DNA of 64,000 nucleotides from Candidatus Hermodarchaeum yapensis (GCA_016840405.1 JAEOSK010000002.1:32001-96000); one strand, 5' to 3'. Numbered from the stretch's first letter, positions 9,393 to 20,827 are shown. Notes: a model not told the origin generated them from the sequence alone. Made by a program: numbers and translations.

Positions 9393-10081
9393 TTGAAGAA
9401 AAGAGAACGATGAAGTTGAGTAGCACGGTGGCTTTAATCCCTGTCCGTTTTCTTCCTGAAGCAAAACACCGTCTCGCAGAAAATTGGGATACAACAAGCC
9501 GTAGAACGCTTGTTCAAGCCATGCTTGCAGATGTTCTCAAAGCCTTAGAGTTTTCAAAAGCAATTGGTCAGCGTATAATCGTAACCGGCGATGATAACTT
9601 CTCCCCTATATATTCTCAAAATAACGTTGAAACATATAGAAGTACAGTTAAAGGACTTAATTCTGAGCTCATGGCCTACATTCAACTTCTGACAGAAAAT
9701 GGAGTTAAAGATGTCGTCATTATCTTGGCAGACTTACCATTACTCACCGATGTTGCATTGGACGAAATCGTTACGATTGGGAAGCGTACTCAAAGACCTG
9801 TGATTGCCCAAGACTGGAAAGGCACGGGAACAAACATTCTCTTCAGCCTCCTCCCACTTCCCATTGAATTATGCTTTGGAAATCAGAGTCTTCAAAACTT
9901 TAGAACTAGATTAGAAGAAGCGAATCTGATACCCATCATCTATCATTCAGTTGAATCCGCATTAGACATCGATGATGACTTAGCAATCGAACGATTCTTG
10001 TTCCTTTCTCGCCTTGACAAGAAACGACAACAAACACACACCTATCGTCTATTAGACCGTGAAGAAAAAAAGAGGAAGTAA
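9389..10081 (+). CDS. cofC: 2-phospho-L-lactate/PEP guanylyltransferase (F420 biosynthesis)
   Basis: ALIPV..AKHRL, AMLADVL, ADLPLL, GTGTN, LDIDD. Confidence 0.8.
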   Translation: MIEEKRTMKLSSTVALIPVRFLPEAKHRLAENWDTTSRRTLVQAMLADVLKALEFSKAIGQRIIVTGDDNFSPIYSQNNVETYRSTVKGLNSELMAYIQLLTENGVKDVVIILADLPLLTDVALDEIVTIGKRTQRPVIAQDWKGTGTNILFSLLPLPIELCFGNQSLQNFRTRLEEANLIPIIYHSVESALDIDDDLAIERFLFLSRLDKKRQQTHTYRLLDREEKKRK

Positions 10082-10105
10082 AGCAACGAAGATCAATTCG
10101 TCGCT

Positions 10106-11479
10106 TTACGAGGTTTTTGGTTTCACTGAAGTATCATATTTTGAAAAGTCTGGATCAATGTCAGTGAATTGAAGTACAAGTACAGCAAACACAAGGAAGA
10201 TTGCATACACTGGGCCCCACCAGAAAAATCCGAAGTTAACAGGAGGAGGTCCTGGATCGACCTGTAACACAAATAGGAACCAACCAAGAAACGTGGTTCC
10301 AACAGCTTGGAAAGCATTCAATGGCACTCCCTGAAATCCTTCATAGATTCCGGCTCGAGCTTCACCGGTTTCGAGTTCATTTTTGTGGGCAATATCGGCA
10401 AGAACGACATAACGCATCACATAAGTGACTGCGATACAACATGCCAGAGGAATGGCAAAGATAAGCACTTGATATACTACTGGTCCAAACATTGGTAGGC
10501 CTAGTACAGCTGTGAATGGTAGAATCGCGGCTAGAATTAGCAGTGCAGCCCTAAGGATACCTTTCTTGCTGAAGCGTTTGAATAGGAATGACAGAACAAA
10601 TGGAAAAGTCATGATGATGACAAGGAACGCAATCATGGGTACCATCAATTCTGCTAATCCAAGGCCCAACCCACTCTCAAGCATTAGCATAATGATTTGT
10701 GTAATTGTGATAATTGTAAAGGACCAGAATCCAACCACAAAAATCCATTTCACAAAATTGCGATTCTTGAGGACAGTTTTTGTTTCGGCAGCAATTGATC
10801 GTTCTATCACTTTTATTCCAGGACGTTCTCGTACAAAGAGCATAGCAGGTATGTATAATACAAAACACAGGAGACAGATGGTTACTAGGATACCTAATCC
10901 TATTGGAGTGAGTATACCAATTCCTGCGATGAATAGAAGGCTTGGGAGAAAACCTAGGACTATGCCCACTCCAGTGCCAATCCAAGTTGCTGTATTTTCC
11001 ATTGCTGCAACATTAGGTCGTTCATCGGGATCAGCAATCTCTGGAAGCCATGCTTGATAGGCGGTTACTAGAAAGGCATAGAAGAATTTGAATAAGGCTA
11101 ACGTCGTGAGATAATACGCAAAGTTGATGGCTTGCCAAGCTGGATCGCCTGGAGGGTTCGGGGAGGGTGGAATGAACCAATGGGGAATGAAGATAAGGAA
11201 TGCCGTGATGGCTAAGGCTGGTGCTCCAATCATGATGTAGGGGCGACGTCTACCAAAACGGCTTTTTGTTCTGTCACTTGCATATCCCATGAACCAGTGG
11301 CTGAGTCCAACAACGATAAATCCAAAGGCAGCTGCTAGCCCTGCGTAGAGTGGATTGAGTAGGAAATAGGCATAATAGACGTTTAATCCGGCGAAATCAA
11401 CGAAGGTCAATAGCAACGAAGAACCTGTACGTCCCATGCTATAGGAGACACGCTTTGGAATTGATAACAAGACATTCAC
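10106..11479 (-). CDS. MFS transporter, GPH/MelB-like
   Basis: GYASDRTKSRFGRRRPY; ~12 TM. Confidence 0.85.
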   Translation of the reverse strand: MNVLLSIPKRVSYSMGRTGSSLLLTFVDFAGLNVYYAYFLLNPLYAGLAAAFGFIVVGLSHWFMGYASDRTKSRFGRRRPYIMIGAPALAITAFLIFIPHWFIPPSPNPPGDPAWQAINFAYYLTTLALFKFFYAFLVTAYQAWLPEIADPDERPNVAAMENTATWIGTGVGIVLGFLPSLLFIAGIGILTPIGLGILVTICLLCFVLYIPAMLFVRERPGIKVIERSIAAETKTVLKNRNFVKWIFVVGFWSFTIITITQIIMLMLESGLGLGLAELMVPMIAFLVIIMTFPFVLSFLFKRFSKKGILRAALLILAAILPFTAVLGLPMFGPVVYQVLIFAIPLACCIAVTYVMRYVVLADIAHKNELETGEARAGIYEGFQGVPLNAFQAVGTTFLGWFLFVLQVDPGPPPVNFGFFWWGPVYAIFLVFAVLVLQFTDIDPDFSKYDTSVKPKTS

Positions 11480-11682
11480 ACATCCTAAAGAGATTCAGGA
11501 CAAGTCATACTAGCTGGAAAGTTCCATTTAAGATGCCACCCTTTACTTAGGCGAATACTTAACCATCAGTGAGTGAGACACGGAAAATCAATACGTTTAT
11601 TAGGTGGCTAGAAGGTCGTGGTTGCAGTTAGAGCGGGTGAGCAATAGCTACACGTCGTCTACATAAAACCACACTGAGGATT

Positions 11683-14397
11683 ATGACTATGACAGCGAAA
11701 TGGGTATATCTGTTCAGTGAAGGCAAAAAAGAAATGCGTGACCTCCTCGGCGGAAAAGGCGCAAATATTGCTGAAATGACCAATGCTGGGCTTCCTGTCC
11801 CTCCTGGATTTACGATCACAACTGAGGCATGTATAGCCTACTTTGCGAATAAGAAGCAATTCCCTGAAGGCATGTGGGAACAAGTATTGAACGCAATTGA
11901 GGTTTTAGAGAAGCATAGTGGGAAGAAACTGGGTGATCCAAAAAACCCCTTACTGGTTTCAGCACGTTCGGGTGCTCGAGTATCAATGCCCGGCATGATG
12001 GACACTGTTCTCAACATCGGATTCAACCCAAAGGTCTTGAAAGGATATGCTGAATTAACCGGTAATGAACGTGTCGCGTGGGATGCCTACCGTCGACTAG
12101 TCCAAATGTTTGGTAACATCGTAAAAGAGATTGATCGGCACAAGTTTGAAGTCATTCTTGATAAATACAAGGCGCAAACGATAGGTGGGCGGGATACAGA
12201 TCTCACAGTGAATATGCTCAAAGGCGTGGTTAAAGACTTCAAAGCACTATATGAGTATGAATTAGGGGAGAAGTTCCCAGATGACCCTCTTGAACAAATC
12301 CGTCAAGCCATCGCCGCGGTATTCAACTCCTGGTTCGGTGCTCCGGCAACCACTTATCGGAAAGCAGAAGGAATCCCCGAAGATTGGGGTACTGCAGTCA
12401 ATATTCAGACCATGGTGTTTGGTAACATGGGAGAAACCAGTGGCACAGGAGTCGCTTTCACGCGAAATCCTGCTACTGGCGAAAAGGAAGTATGGGGAGA
12501 ATACTTACTTAATGCCCAAGGTGAAGATGTCGTAGCTGGGATTCGAACACCCAAACCAATCTCTCAATTGCAGGGTGAAATGCCAGCGGTCTATAAGGAA
12601 TTCCTTAAAATCTCTGATCGGCTTGAACGTCATTATCATGACATGCAAGACATGGAATTCACTATAGAACGTACAAAATTATGGATGCTTCAAACCCGTA
12701 CAGGAAAACGGACAGCCCTAGCTGCAGTGAAAATCGCAGTGGATATGGTCAACGAGGGCCTTATAACAAAAGAGGAAGCTCTTCTGCGAGTTGACCCCAA
12801 TCAAATTGATCAATTCTTACACCCGCGGTTCGATCCTGTTGAGGTTGAAAAAGCAAAATTTGATGGAAGGTTGTTAGCTACTGGACTGAACGCATCACCT
12901 GGAGCCGCTACAGGCATCGCAATATTCGATGCCGATTTAGCTGAGGAAAAAGGTCAGGGAGGAGCGACTGTTATTCTTGTCCGCCCTGAAACCAATCCCG
13001 ATGATGTTCACGGAATGATTGAGTCCCAAGGAATCCTTACCCAGCGAGGTGGAATGACTTCACATGCCGCTGTTGTAGCACGGGGTTGGGGCAAAGCTTG
13101 CGTAGCAGGATGTGAAACTATCTCAATCGACCTAGATGCAAGGGCATTTCGAGTAGGCGACAAAGTCATTCGGGAAGGCGATTTCATATCTATTGATGGA
13201 TCAACAGGTGCTGTATTTGAAGGAAAAATCCCAACCATCGAGGCTAGTTTTGATGAAGAAAGTGACCTAGTAACTCTGCTTACATGGGCTGATGAAGTCC
13301 GCAAATTGGGTGTATGGACCAATGCTGACACACCAAATGATGCAGCACGAGCCCGTAGTTTTGGAGCAGAAGGTATCGGGCTTTGTCGAACTGAACATAT
13401 GTTCTTCGAAGAAGAACGGCGTCCAATCGTCGTGAAGATGATTATGTCTGATGACGAAACGGAACGACGGAAATTACTCAAGAAACTTCTTCCCTTCCAA
13501 CGTGAGGACTTTGAAGGCATCTTCAAGGCCATGGACGGATTACCCGTTATCATCCGGCTAATTGATCCACCGATGCATGAATTCCTTCCAACAAAGGACG
13601 AACTTGGGGAAGAAATTTGTCAACTCAAATTGGCGCTCAATAGCAATCCAACTCAAGTTAAACGAAAACGGTTAGAAAAGAAACTAGCTGAAGTAGAAGC
13701 CCTCCTAACCATTGTAGAATCTATGTGGGAAGTCAATCCTATGATGGGGCTTCGTGGATGCCGGGCAGGCATCATGTATCCCGGCCTGACAGAAATGCAG
13801 GTTCGTGCTATCTTCGAGGCTGCCTGCAATGTTGTCAAAGAAGGTGTCAAAGTCTATCCTGAAGTAATGATTCCCCTAGTCAGTCATGTTAATGAGCTAC
13901 GCCTCGAACGTGAGAAACTCGAAGGTGTCGCAAAAAGGGTTATGAAAGAGAAGAATTGTAAATTCGACTACAAATTTGGCCTAATGATAGAAACACCTCG
14001 TGCAGCCCTAACGGCCGATATCGTAGCTGAATCTGCTGATTTCTTTTCCTTTGGTACAAATGACCTAACTCAGATGACCTACGGTGTGAGCCGAGACGAC
14101 GCTGAAGGCAAATTCCTCCGACGATATGTTGACAAAAATATCTTACCGAACAATCCCTTCGAAATTCTTGACCGAGAAGGCGTGGGCGAACTCATGCGAA
14201 TCGCCATCCAAAAAGGTCGCGCAACAAATCGCAAACTCGAAATCGGAGGATGCGGTGAACACTTCGGAGAACCACACTCAATCGAGTTCTCACATATTGT
14301 TGGATTGAATTATGTCAGTGCATCACCCTTCCGTGTGCCAATCGCTCGATTAGCTGCCGCACAAGCCGCTCTTCAACATAAATATGGATTGAAATAA
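11683..14397 (+). CDS. ppdK: Pyruvate phosphate dikinase
   Basis: LLGGKGAN, PLLVSARSGARVSMPGMMDT, GGMTSHAAVVAR, FSFGTNDLTQ. Confidence 0.97.
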   Translation: MTMTAKWVYLFSEGKKEMRDLLGGKGANIAEMTNAGLPVPPGFTITTEACIAYFANKKQFPEGMWEQVLNAIEVLEKHSGKKLGDPKNPLLVSARSGARVSMPGMMDTVLNIGFNPKVLKGYAELTGNERVAWDAYRRLVQMFGNIVKEIDRHKFEVILDKYKAQTIGGRDTDLTVNMLKGVVKDFKALYEYELGEKFPDDPLEQIRQAIAAVFNSWFGAPATTYRKAEGIPEDWGTAVNIQTMVFGNMGETSGTGVAFTRNPATGEKEVWGEYLLNAQGEDVVAGIRTPKPISQLQGEMPAVYKEFLKISDRLERHYHDMQDMEFTIERTKLWMLQTRTGKRTALAAVKIAVDMVNEGLITKEEALLRVDPNQIDQFLHPRFDPVEVEKAKFDGRLLATGLNASPGAATGIAIFDADLAEEKGQGGATVILVRPETNPDDVHGMIESQGILTQRGGMTSHAAVVARGWGKACVAGCETISIDLDARAFRVGDKVIREGDFISIDGSTGAVFEGKIPTIEASFDEESDLVTLLTWADEVRKLGVWTNADTPNDAARARSFGAEGIGLCRTEHMFFEEERRPIVVKMIMSDDETERRKLLKKLLPFQREDFEGIFKAMDGLPVIIRLIDPPMHEFLPTKDELGEEICQLKLALNSNPTQVKRKRLEKKLAEVEALLTIVESMWEVNPMMGLRGCRAGIMYPGLTEMQVRAIFEAACNVVKEGVKVYPEVMIPLVSHVNELRLEREKLEGVAKRVMKEKNCKFDYKFGLMIETPRAALTADIVAESADFFSFGTNDLTQMTYGVSRDDAEGKFLRRYVDKNILPNNPFEILDREGVGELMRIAIQKGRATNRKLEIGGCGEHFGEPHSIEFSHIVGLNYVSASPFRVPIARLAAAQAALQHKYGLK

Positions 14398-14417
14398 CGC
14401 AAACGAAGTGAAACTCC

Positions 14418-15239
14418 GTGGATTCAAATCCACCACACATTCGACCAATGCGTGAAGAAGATTGGAGCTCATTGGACCAACTAGAAGCTGAAATATTTCC
14501 TGAAGACCGATTAAATGAGAAAGACTTTCAGCGCATACTAGTCACTCAACGTATGTTCGCCCTCGAATCAGAATCAAATCAGCTTATTGGCTACCTCTAT
14601 GTAGCTCCATTTGGAGACGACACCGGAATAATTGGACGTATTGGTGTCACAAAAAAACAGCAGAAAAAAGGACTAGGCAGTCAACTCATGCAATACGCTC
14701 TAAACTGGTTCCAAGAACATGGAGGAATTCGCAAAGTCATACTCAATACCCAAGACTTCAACATGGCCGCTCAAAAACTCTATACAAAATTCGGCTTTCG
14801 CACCGTAGGAACCACCTGGCACTACTTTGTACCCTTTAATACAATCCAACCTCAAGGTCGATATACATGCCAGGAAATCAGTAGCAAGGAAATTGACTCC
14901 ATAAGCACAATTTATCCCGAAACGATGCCAGCTAGCCAGATTCATAGGTGGCTCGAAAATGATCTCTTTGTATTTACTCTTAAAACAACAACAAAGAAGA
15001 TTATTGGTGCTTGTCGGTTCACACCAGACTTCCCAGGAGCTTATCCATTTAATTTAGAAGTCATTGAAGCGTTTGATGATTTCATTGAAGGAATTCGTGC
15101 CTTCAGTCTACCTTCTTATGATTATGTACGTGTCACCTTCGAAGATAATTTAGAGCTTGCGAAATTAATGGCGCATCGGAAGTACAAACTTCATCATCGA
15201 CTGTTTAAAATGGAATTGAACCTAGCTAAAAAAGAGTAG
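14418..15239 (+). CDS. GNAT N-acetyltransferase
   Basis: QKKGLGSQLM, NMAAQKLYTKFGF. Confidence 0.85.
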   Translation: MDSNPPHIRPMREEDWSSLDQLEAEIFPEDRLNEKDFQRILVTQRMFALESESNQLIGYLYVAPFGDDTGIIGRIGVTKKQQKKGLGSQLMQYALNWFQEHGGIRKVILNTQDFNMAAQKLYTKFGFRTVGTTWHYFVPFNTIQPQGRYTCQEISSKEIDSISTIYPETMPASQIHRWLENDLFVFTLKTTTKKIIGACRFTPDFPGAYPFNLEVIEAFDDFIEGIRAFSLPSYDYVRVTFEDNLELAKLMAHRKYKLHHRLFKMELNLAKKE

Positions 15240-15241
15240 AA

Positions 15242-15262
15242 AGTGGAGGCAGTGCCTCCACT
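15242..15262. terminator. Hairpin between convergent genes
   Basis: AGTGGAGGC-AGT-GCCTCCACT. Confidence 0.6.
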
Positions 15263-15269
15263 GCGAATT

Positions 15270-17153
15270 TTACTTCTGGTTGTTGCGTCGACGTCGTACA
15301 AGGAAAATGGCACCTAGACTGAGAAGTAGTCCAAGGGCGATAGCTTCGAGGGGGAATCCAGGAATTGGTGGGAATGGTGGTATTTCCGGTATTCCAACCG
15401 CGAAGACGCCATCTGAAATGTCTACTCCCGTCATGCCATAATCCATGGCTTGGACTCGAATGAGCGAGAGTGGACTAAATAGAAGACCTGTAACGTTCCA
15501 GCTTATGCTAGTATCTGTTAGTCCAGAGGCAATGGTTGACCATGAAGAACCGTTGTCAGGACTATACGAGACTGTATAACTATGGATGAGGTCGTTGTTT
15601 GGGTCGTACGCGGACCAAGAGATTGTTTCAACTCCAGTAGTATAGGTCTCGCCACCATTTGGAGAAAGGACTGTCACTACTGGAGCCCGGTTCTCACCTA
15701 GCCACTTGATCGTGTTCATGGCTAGAATATCATTGTCACTATCATAGTAGTTCATGTCCATATCACCATCCGCATCGCTGGAACTGTCGAAGGCATTGAA
15801 ATCAGTACCAATTACAATTCGTCCACGTTGATACTCTAAAGTCGCGAACACAGGAATCTCTGGAGCCGCTGTGTTGTTACTCCAATAGGATGTGCCATCA
15901 ATGTCAGTAATGATGACATCAACAGCCTCAGCTGGTTTTCTGACAATTGCATTACTCAAATAGAACTCGACTCTAGTTACACCTTGGGTAATCGGATGTG
16001 TGATGAGATTGCTATCTTCATAAGCAACCCAATAGGGTGTTGCCGCAATGTAATCATCAGTATCATTTAGAGAAACCAAATTCAATTCGAAATTAAACCC
16101 AAACTGTTCAGCGATTGGATCTACTTCAAAAGCATATGAACTATAATCCCCTATCAGAAGGAGACTACCACCTTGCGAAACGAAGTCTTCAATTATTGTC
16201 AATTCTCCACCAGTATAGACGTCATTGGGATAAGAGATTACTAAGACATCACTAGCATTCAGATAATCGCTTGTGAAGGTATCCATCTGAGAGACTGCAA
16301 ATCCTGCAGCCCGTAAATCTTCACGCCAACCCCAAAATTCCATGTCAATTTCATAGCCGTTTGAATGCGAATCATCAAAGACAACATGTCGATGAAGGCG
16401 AATGGCATTAGCAAGAATGGTTTCAAAGTTGGGTTCAACTGTGAAATAGTCATAACCGATCATAACGAAGTGGCCCTTACCGATCATATCATGCATAACG
16501 ACATAATCGCCAGCACTCACAACCTTCGTAATTGAGGTTGTTTCATCATAAGATACAGTCATGCTTTCCTCTGTCCACGACGCTGCCGCGCCTTGGCCAA
16601 GGGCGTCACTGGTATGTATCTTGTTCACCGTAACCCATCCAGGACCACCCGGGTCATACGCCGCGATGAAGCTGATAAACCCGGCAGACATCATGAGCCG
16701 TCCATTAACCCCAATCGCTCCAGATGGAGCAGAGTAACCATCACACGAAATGACAATGCCGCCTCTTTCAACGTAATCATGGAGAATGGGATCCCATGCC
16801 GCTCCAATCGTATCCATAGTAGTCATCGTACCCCATTCTTGCTCAGGAATCAAGAAGATATCATGGACCTTGAGAGCCTCTTCCAGATTATTCCAATCCG
16901 ACAGATTTGTCCAAGTGAAATCCGGGCCATAGGTGTTAGTAATGACATCACGGGTTCGAAAGACCTCACCACTACCGTTGTTATCTGCGAATTCTATATA
17001 TGCTAAGATGCTGGGACCGTCCGGTGAAGGAACCGGCGGAGCGAACGCAGTCGAAAGTGTCGATTCTGAGGCAGTCACTGGGAAACCAAGAGGTGTTAAT
17101 AAAACAAAGAATGAAGCTAGTAAAACAAAACAAAGGATTTTCGAAATTTTCAT
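15270..17153 (-). CDS. Cell-surface protein with DUF4350/GIFT-like domains, Ig-like domain and PGF-CTERM-like tail
   Basis: VVFDDSH..DVLVISYP..FVSQGGSLLLIGD; SPNGGE; IPGFPL-TM-RRRR. Confidence 0.7.
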   Translation of the reverse strand: MKISKILCFVLLASFFVLLTPLGFPVTASESTLSTAFAPPVPSPDGPSILAYIEFADNNGSGEVFRTRDVITNTYGPDFTWTNLSDWNNLEEALKVHDIFLIPEQEWGTMTTMDTIGAAWDPILHDYVERGGIVISCDGYSAPSGAIGVNGRLMMSAGFISFIAAYDPGGPGWVTVNKIHTSDALGQGAAASWTEESMTVSYDETTSITKVVSAGDYVVMHDMIGKGHFVMIGYDYFTVEPNFETILANAIRLHRHVVFDDSHSNGYEIDMEFWGWREDLRAAGFAVSQMDTFTSDYLNASDVLVISYPNDVYTGGELTIIEDFVSQGGSLLLIGDYSSYAFEVDPIAEQFGFNFELNLVSLNDTDDYIAATPYWVAYEDSNLITHPITQGVTRVEFYLSNAIVRKPAEAVDVIITDIDGTSYWSNNTAAPEIPVFATLEYQRGRIVIGTDFNAFDSSSDADGDMDMNYYDSDNDILAMNTIKWLGENRAPVVTVLSPNGGETYTTGVETISWSAYDPNNDLIHSYTVSYSPDNGSSWSTIASGLTDTSISWNVTGLLFSPLSLIRVQAMDYGMTGVDISDGVFAVGIPEIPPFPPIPGFPLEAIALGLLLSLGAIFLVRRRRNNQK

Positions 17154-17424
17154 ATTATATCCCCTAATGTTGACCTGCAAATGATGTGAAGCCTTCTCAA
17201 AGGTCGAAGAATCACAAACCTCCCATCAAAACCGCAAGTCAAACCTGCTTAATATGCACGGAACGAGGTTATTTAAACATAAGTGTAGGGTACCCGGAAC
17301 TAAACACCAATCAAATGCAGGTCTATTGAATAGTTGAGACTTCCAAATGGCGTTTAAGGGTATGCTTATAATGGCGTCTTAACATAGAGTCAGCAAATTT
17401 CCTTTTTTGGGAATTAATTGGTAG

Positions 17425-19095
17425 ATGATAATGGTTTCAAAGAAAGGTGTAAACTCAAAGATACTTACAGGGCTATGCCTATGTCTCCTTCTTACCTTGC
17501 TTTCCGGAACAGCATTAGTAACTGCGGCGTCATTCCCGGTTGTTTTAAATCCCGGATTTGAAGCCCCTGGTGCAGGGCCACCTGTCTTTCCGAATAACTG
17601 GGTTTTCACTACAACGCTCGATCCACCTGATGATTTCCTTTGGCTGTATCCAACAGGATTTCCCCATACTGGAGCAGAATCAGCAGGTATCATGGTGAAC
17701 TCACCCAACGGAGCAGAACCTGGTGACCATGCCGAGTGGAGTCAATTAGCTGTAATCCCAGTGTATCCTAGTACCACGTATAACCTCTCAGCCTGGGTGT
17801 TCATGACAACCCCTCCAAACCTGTTCGTTGATATTGGTGTAATTTGGGAAGACAGCGGTGGTACCCCGCTTGGGACAGCATTCACAGCACCCGTCAATGT
17901 TCCCCAAGCAGCCTGGTTCGAACTCTACCACATCGCAACATCACCCGCTGGAACCGCCCAAGTAACAATTGTCTTACGGGCTACGCTAATTGGTGGTGAT
18001 GCCATTACCTGGGGAGATATCTTCTTTGACGATGTTGCATTCTACCCTCTAGGAGACTCTAGCTTGGGTGGAAATACTCCAGGTGATCATGGCAACTATT
18101 TCGATCCAGATGCTGATCCCTATAACGAGATGCTGCAAGTCAACGTTACTGCAACTAACGAAGGATTAACCCAAATCAATTTCACCCTTGCTGCATATGG
18201 CACAGCAGATGACAGTACTGACATCGCAGAAGTCGACTTGATTTACGATCAAAATGCGAATGGCCTCTATGATAGTGGGACTGAATCTATCTTGGATAGT
18301 GGCGTCTATGCTTCTGACAATGGTACTCTCCAATTAGATTCAGGTCATACCGTCCCACAAGGGCAAAGCCATGCTTTCTTGATTGTGTATCAATTGACTT
18401 TCACAGCGACTGCCGGAGAAACCTTCCAGTTCAACGTCACGCAAATCCGTGCCTTAGGACAAACCTCTGGATTAACCTTGAATCTTCCAGGTCCGCCATA
18501 TACGTCTGCAGTCAAGACAATGGTGGGAAGTGTCGTTGCCTCAGTTGGTGATAACTCTCCTGGCAATCATGATTGGGCTCCCAATGGAATAACTCCGAAC
18601 GTGTTACTCCAACTCGACTTATTTGCCATTGGGGAAGACTTCACTGTTGAAGGCATTACCCTCTCATTTACTAGGGGCGACACAGCTCACGTAATTGCCG
18701 TACTAATCATCTTGGATGTTGATGGTAATGGAGAATATGATGCCACTGATGAACTGGTGGGAACAGGTCTGGGTCAAGCAACACAGACAATTACCCTTGA
18801 TCCTACAGTATTAGTCAGCCAAGGGGAAACGGAGCATTTCCTTATCGCACTTACTATGGCAACTACTGCTGTAGAAGGAGCAACCTATTCAGTGGATGTC
18901 ACCGACGTTGATGTTGTTGGCGCTATCGATTCGAGCACACAAGTAGTCAGCCTCCCAATAAGATCCTCAACGAAAACGATAATTGCACCGCCTCCGTTAC
19001 CCTTCGATCCGCTATTGCTAATCCTTGGCATTGTGATACTAATCCTCGTCATACTCGTCATTGTGTTACTTATTCGCCGACGTAGAAGTGGCTAA
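17425..19095 (+). CDS. Cell-surface protein, carbohydrate-binding-module-like N-terminus, two repeats with Ca-loop motifs, C-terminal anchor
   Basis: NPGFE...FFDDV; DQNANG and DVDGNG; PPP-TM-RRRR. Confidence 0.7.
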   Translation: MIMVSKKGVNSKILTGLCLCLLLTLLSGTALVTAASFPVVLNPGFEAPGAGPPVFPNNWVFTTTLDPPDDFLWLYPTGFPHTGAESAGIMVNSPNGAEPGDHAEWSQLAVIPVYPSTTYNLSAWVFMTTPPNLFVDIGVIWEDSGGTPLGTAFTAPVNVPQAAWFELYHIATSPAGTAQVTIVLRATLIGGDAITWGDIFFDDVAFYPLGDSSLGGNTPGDHGNYFDPDADPYNEMLQVNVTATNEGLTQINFTLAAYGTADDSTDIAEVDLIYDQNANGLYDSGTESILDSGVYASDNGTLQLDSGHTVPQGQSHAFLIVYQLTFTATAGETFQFNVTQIRALGQTSGLTLNLPGPPYTSAVKTMVGSVVASVGDNSPGNHDWAPNGITPNVLLQLDLFAIGEDFTVEGITLSFTRGDTAHVIAVLIILDVDGNGEYDATDELVGTGLGQATQTITLDPTVLVSQGETEHFLIALTMATTAVEGATYSVDVTDVDVVGAIDSSTQVVSLPIRSSTKTIIAPPPLPFDPLLLILGIVILILVILVIVLLIRRRRSG

Positions 19096-19130
19096 TAGCA
19101 CAAATTCAACCTACAAATCTCTGGTAGAAT

Positions 19131-19164
19131 AAGGGGCTCCCAAGGAGCCCTTTCTCTTCTTTTT
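19131..19164 (+). terminator. Hairpin plus pyrimidine tract
   Basis: GGGCTCC-CAA-GGAGCCC then TTTCTCTTCTTTTT. Confidence 0.7.
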
Positions 19165-19320
19165 CTTGAAAGCCCTTGTAAAAGCGACTCATTTGTAATC
19201 GTACATCTCGGTAAAGCCGTGTTAGTTCAAAACCACATTTTTTCCATACTGATATCAACGTAGATAAGGCTAAAATAGAGCCTTACATCCCAGTGTAACC
19301 AATTCATGCACTGTAGGTAG

Positions 19321-20655
19321 ATGACGAAAATGTCACCACATGATGATCTCCCAATAGAAAGTCAACCCAATGCACTCCCCGACGAAATCGATCCAGAGAA
19401 ATATGTCATTGCGACCTACTACTTTGGTGCGCCCATTGGATTACCCATCAAAGATATTTGTGAAATGGCAGCTGTTGAGCAAAGCACTGGAACCTGGGTG
19501 CTGGTTCCAGGCGAAACTCCACAAATGCGGAAAAAATATGTCGCCAAAGTCATTGGCATCTATGAAGGACCATACCCCGAATATAGTCAACCCAAAGATG
19601 TCACCCACCGCCACTACATTGTCCAAGTCGCCTTTCCATGGGTGAATTTCGGGCAACAAATCCCCATGCTCCTCTCAACTGTTGTGGGAAATATCAGCAT
19701 GGGTGGACGCGTGAAGGTTCTGGACCTTCGATTTCCGAAAAGCTGGCTGAAAGGGTTCCAAGGTCCAAAGTTTGGCACAAAGGGTGTGTTCAAAGTCCTT
19801 GGAGTGAAAGGTCGACCCCTGTTGAACAATATGATTAAACCTTGCACTGGTTATCCTCCCAAGGTCGGTGCCAAGCTTCTCTATGAAGCGGCACGGGGTG
19901 GTGCGGATATCATCAAGGATGACGAACTCATCGCTGATCCCGTGTTTAATCGCATCACTGAGCGCCTCCCCTTGTACATGGATGCAATCGATAAGGCGAA
20001 CTCTGAGAAGGACGAAAAAACCCTATACACCATCAACATTACGGACCGAATTCCGAAACTTATGGAAAATGCTGAAGCGGCCCTCGAACATGGAGCCAAC
20101 GCCTTGATGATTAATTACCTTGCTGTCGGATATAGTGCCGTCAGGCAAGTCACAGATGATCCCAGTATCAATGTACCCGTCCTAGGACACATGGACATTG
20201 CTGGGGCCCTCAGTTATTCCCCAATCAGTGGTCTCTCAACTCAGTTAGTCATTGGAAAACTCCCTCGACTCGCGGGTATCGATATTGAAGTGTTCCCTGC
20301 ACCCTATGGCAAAGCACCACTGCTTAAACAACGGTATATCGAAATGGCTCGAGCGATGAATTATCCTTTACAACACATTAAACCGACTATGCCCATGCCC
20401 AGTGGTGGAATAACACCCGGACACGTACCCATGGTGGTGGAGGATCTCGGCTTAGAAATCATGATAGGAACCGGTGGCGGTATCCATGCCTACCCCGCAG
20501 AACACGGAGGGCCCTCAGCTGGAGCCAAGGCATTCCGCCAAGCCATCGATGCCACGGTTAAAGGTATCACATTGAAAGACTACGCAGAAGACCATTCGGA
20601 ATTGAAAGTTGCACTTGACAAATGGGGCGCTGGGAAAACTGGGTTCGAAATGTAG
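19321..20655 (+). CDS. RuBisCO-like protein (form IV)
   Basis: EQSTGTW, GPKFG, IKPC (not IKPK), DIIKDDE, PSGG, GGGIHA. Confidence 0.88.
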   Translation: MTKMSPHDDLPIESQPNALPDEIDPEKYVIATYYFGAPIGLPIKDICEMAAVEQSTGTWVLVPGETPQMRKKYVAKVIGIYEGPYPEYSQPKDVTHRHYIVQVAFPWVNFGQQIPMLLSTVVGNISMGGRVKVLDLRFPKSWLKGFQGPKFGTKGVFKVLGVKGRPLLNNMIKPCTGYPPKVGAKLLYEAARGGADIIKDDELIADPVFNRITERLPLYMDAIDKANSEKDEKTLYTINITDRIPKLMENAEAALEHGANALMINYLAVGYSAVRQVTDDPSINVPVLGHMDIAGALSYSPISGLSTQLVIGKLPRLAGIDIEVFPAPYGKAPLLKQRYIEMARAMNYPLQHIKPTMPMPSGGITPGHVPMVVEDLGLEIMIGTGGGIHAYPAEHGGPSAGAKAFRQAIDATVKGITLKDYAEDHSELKVALDKWGAGKTGFEM

Positions 20656-20827
20656 GAGAACATCACTCCCACTGTTGACCCACTACACTTGATTCGAAAC
20701 GCACTCATCAGGTTGACAATTTTTATTGGCAACGTGGTTAACGGTCGAAAACCGCACTTTCCGGTATAGATGAGTATATCTAATACTACTTCGGCAGGAT
20801 ACCTGCCTTGAGTTAATCAAGGAACTG

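Noticed and set aside
9389-14397. Functional coupling of cofC and ppdK through PEP
   Set aside because: Separated by an opposite-strand transporter; no operon evidence
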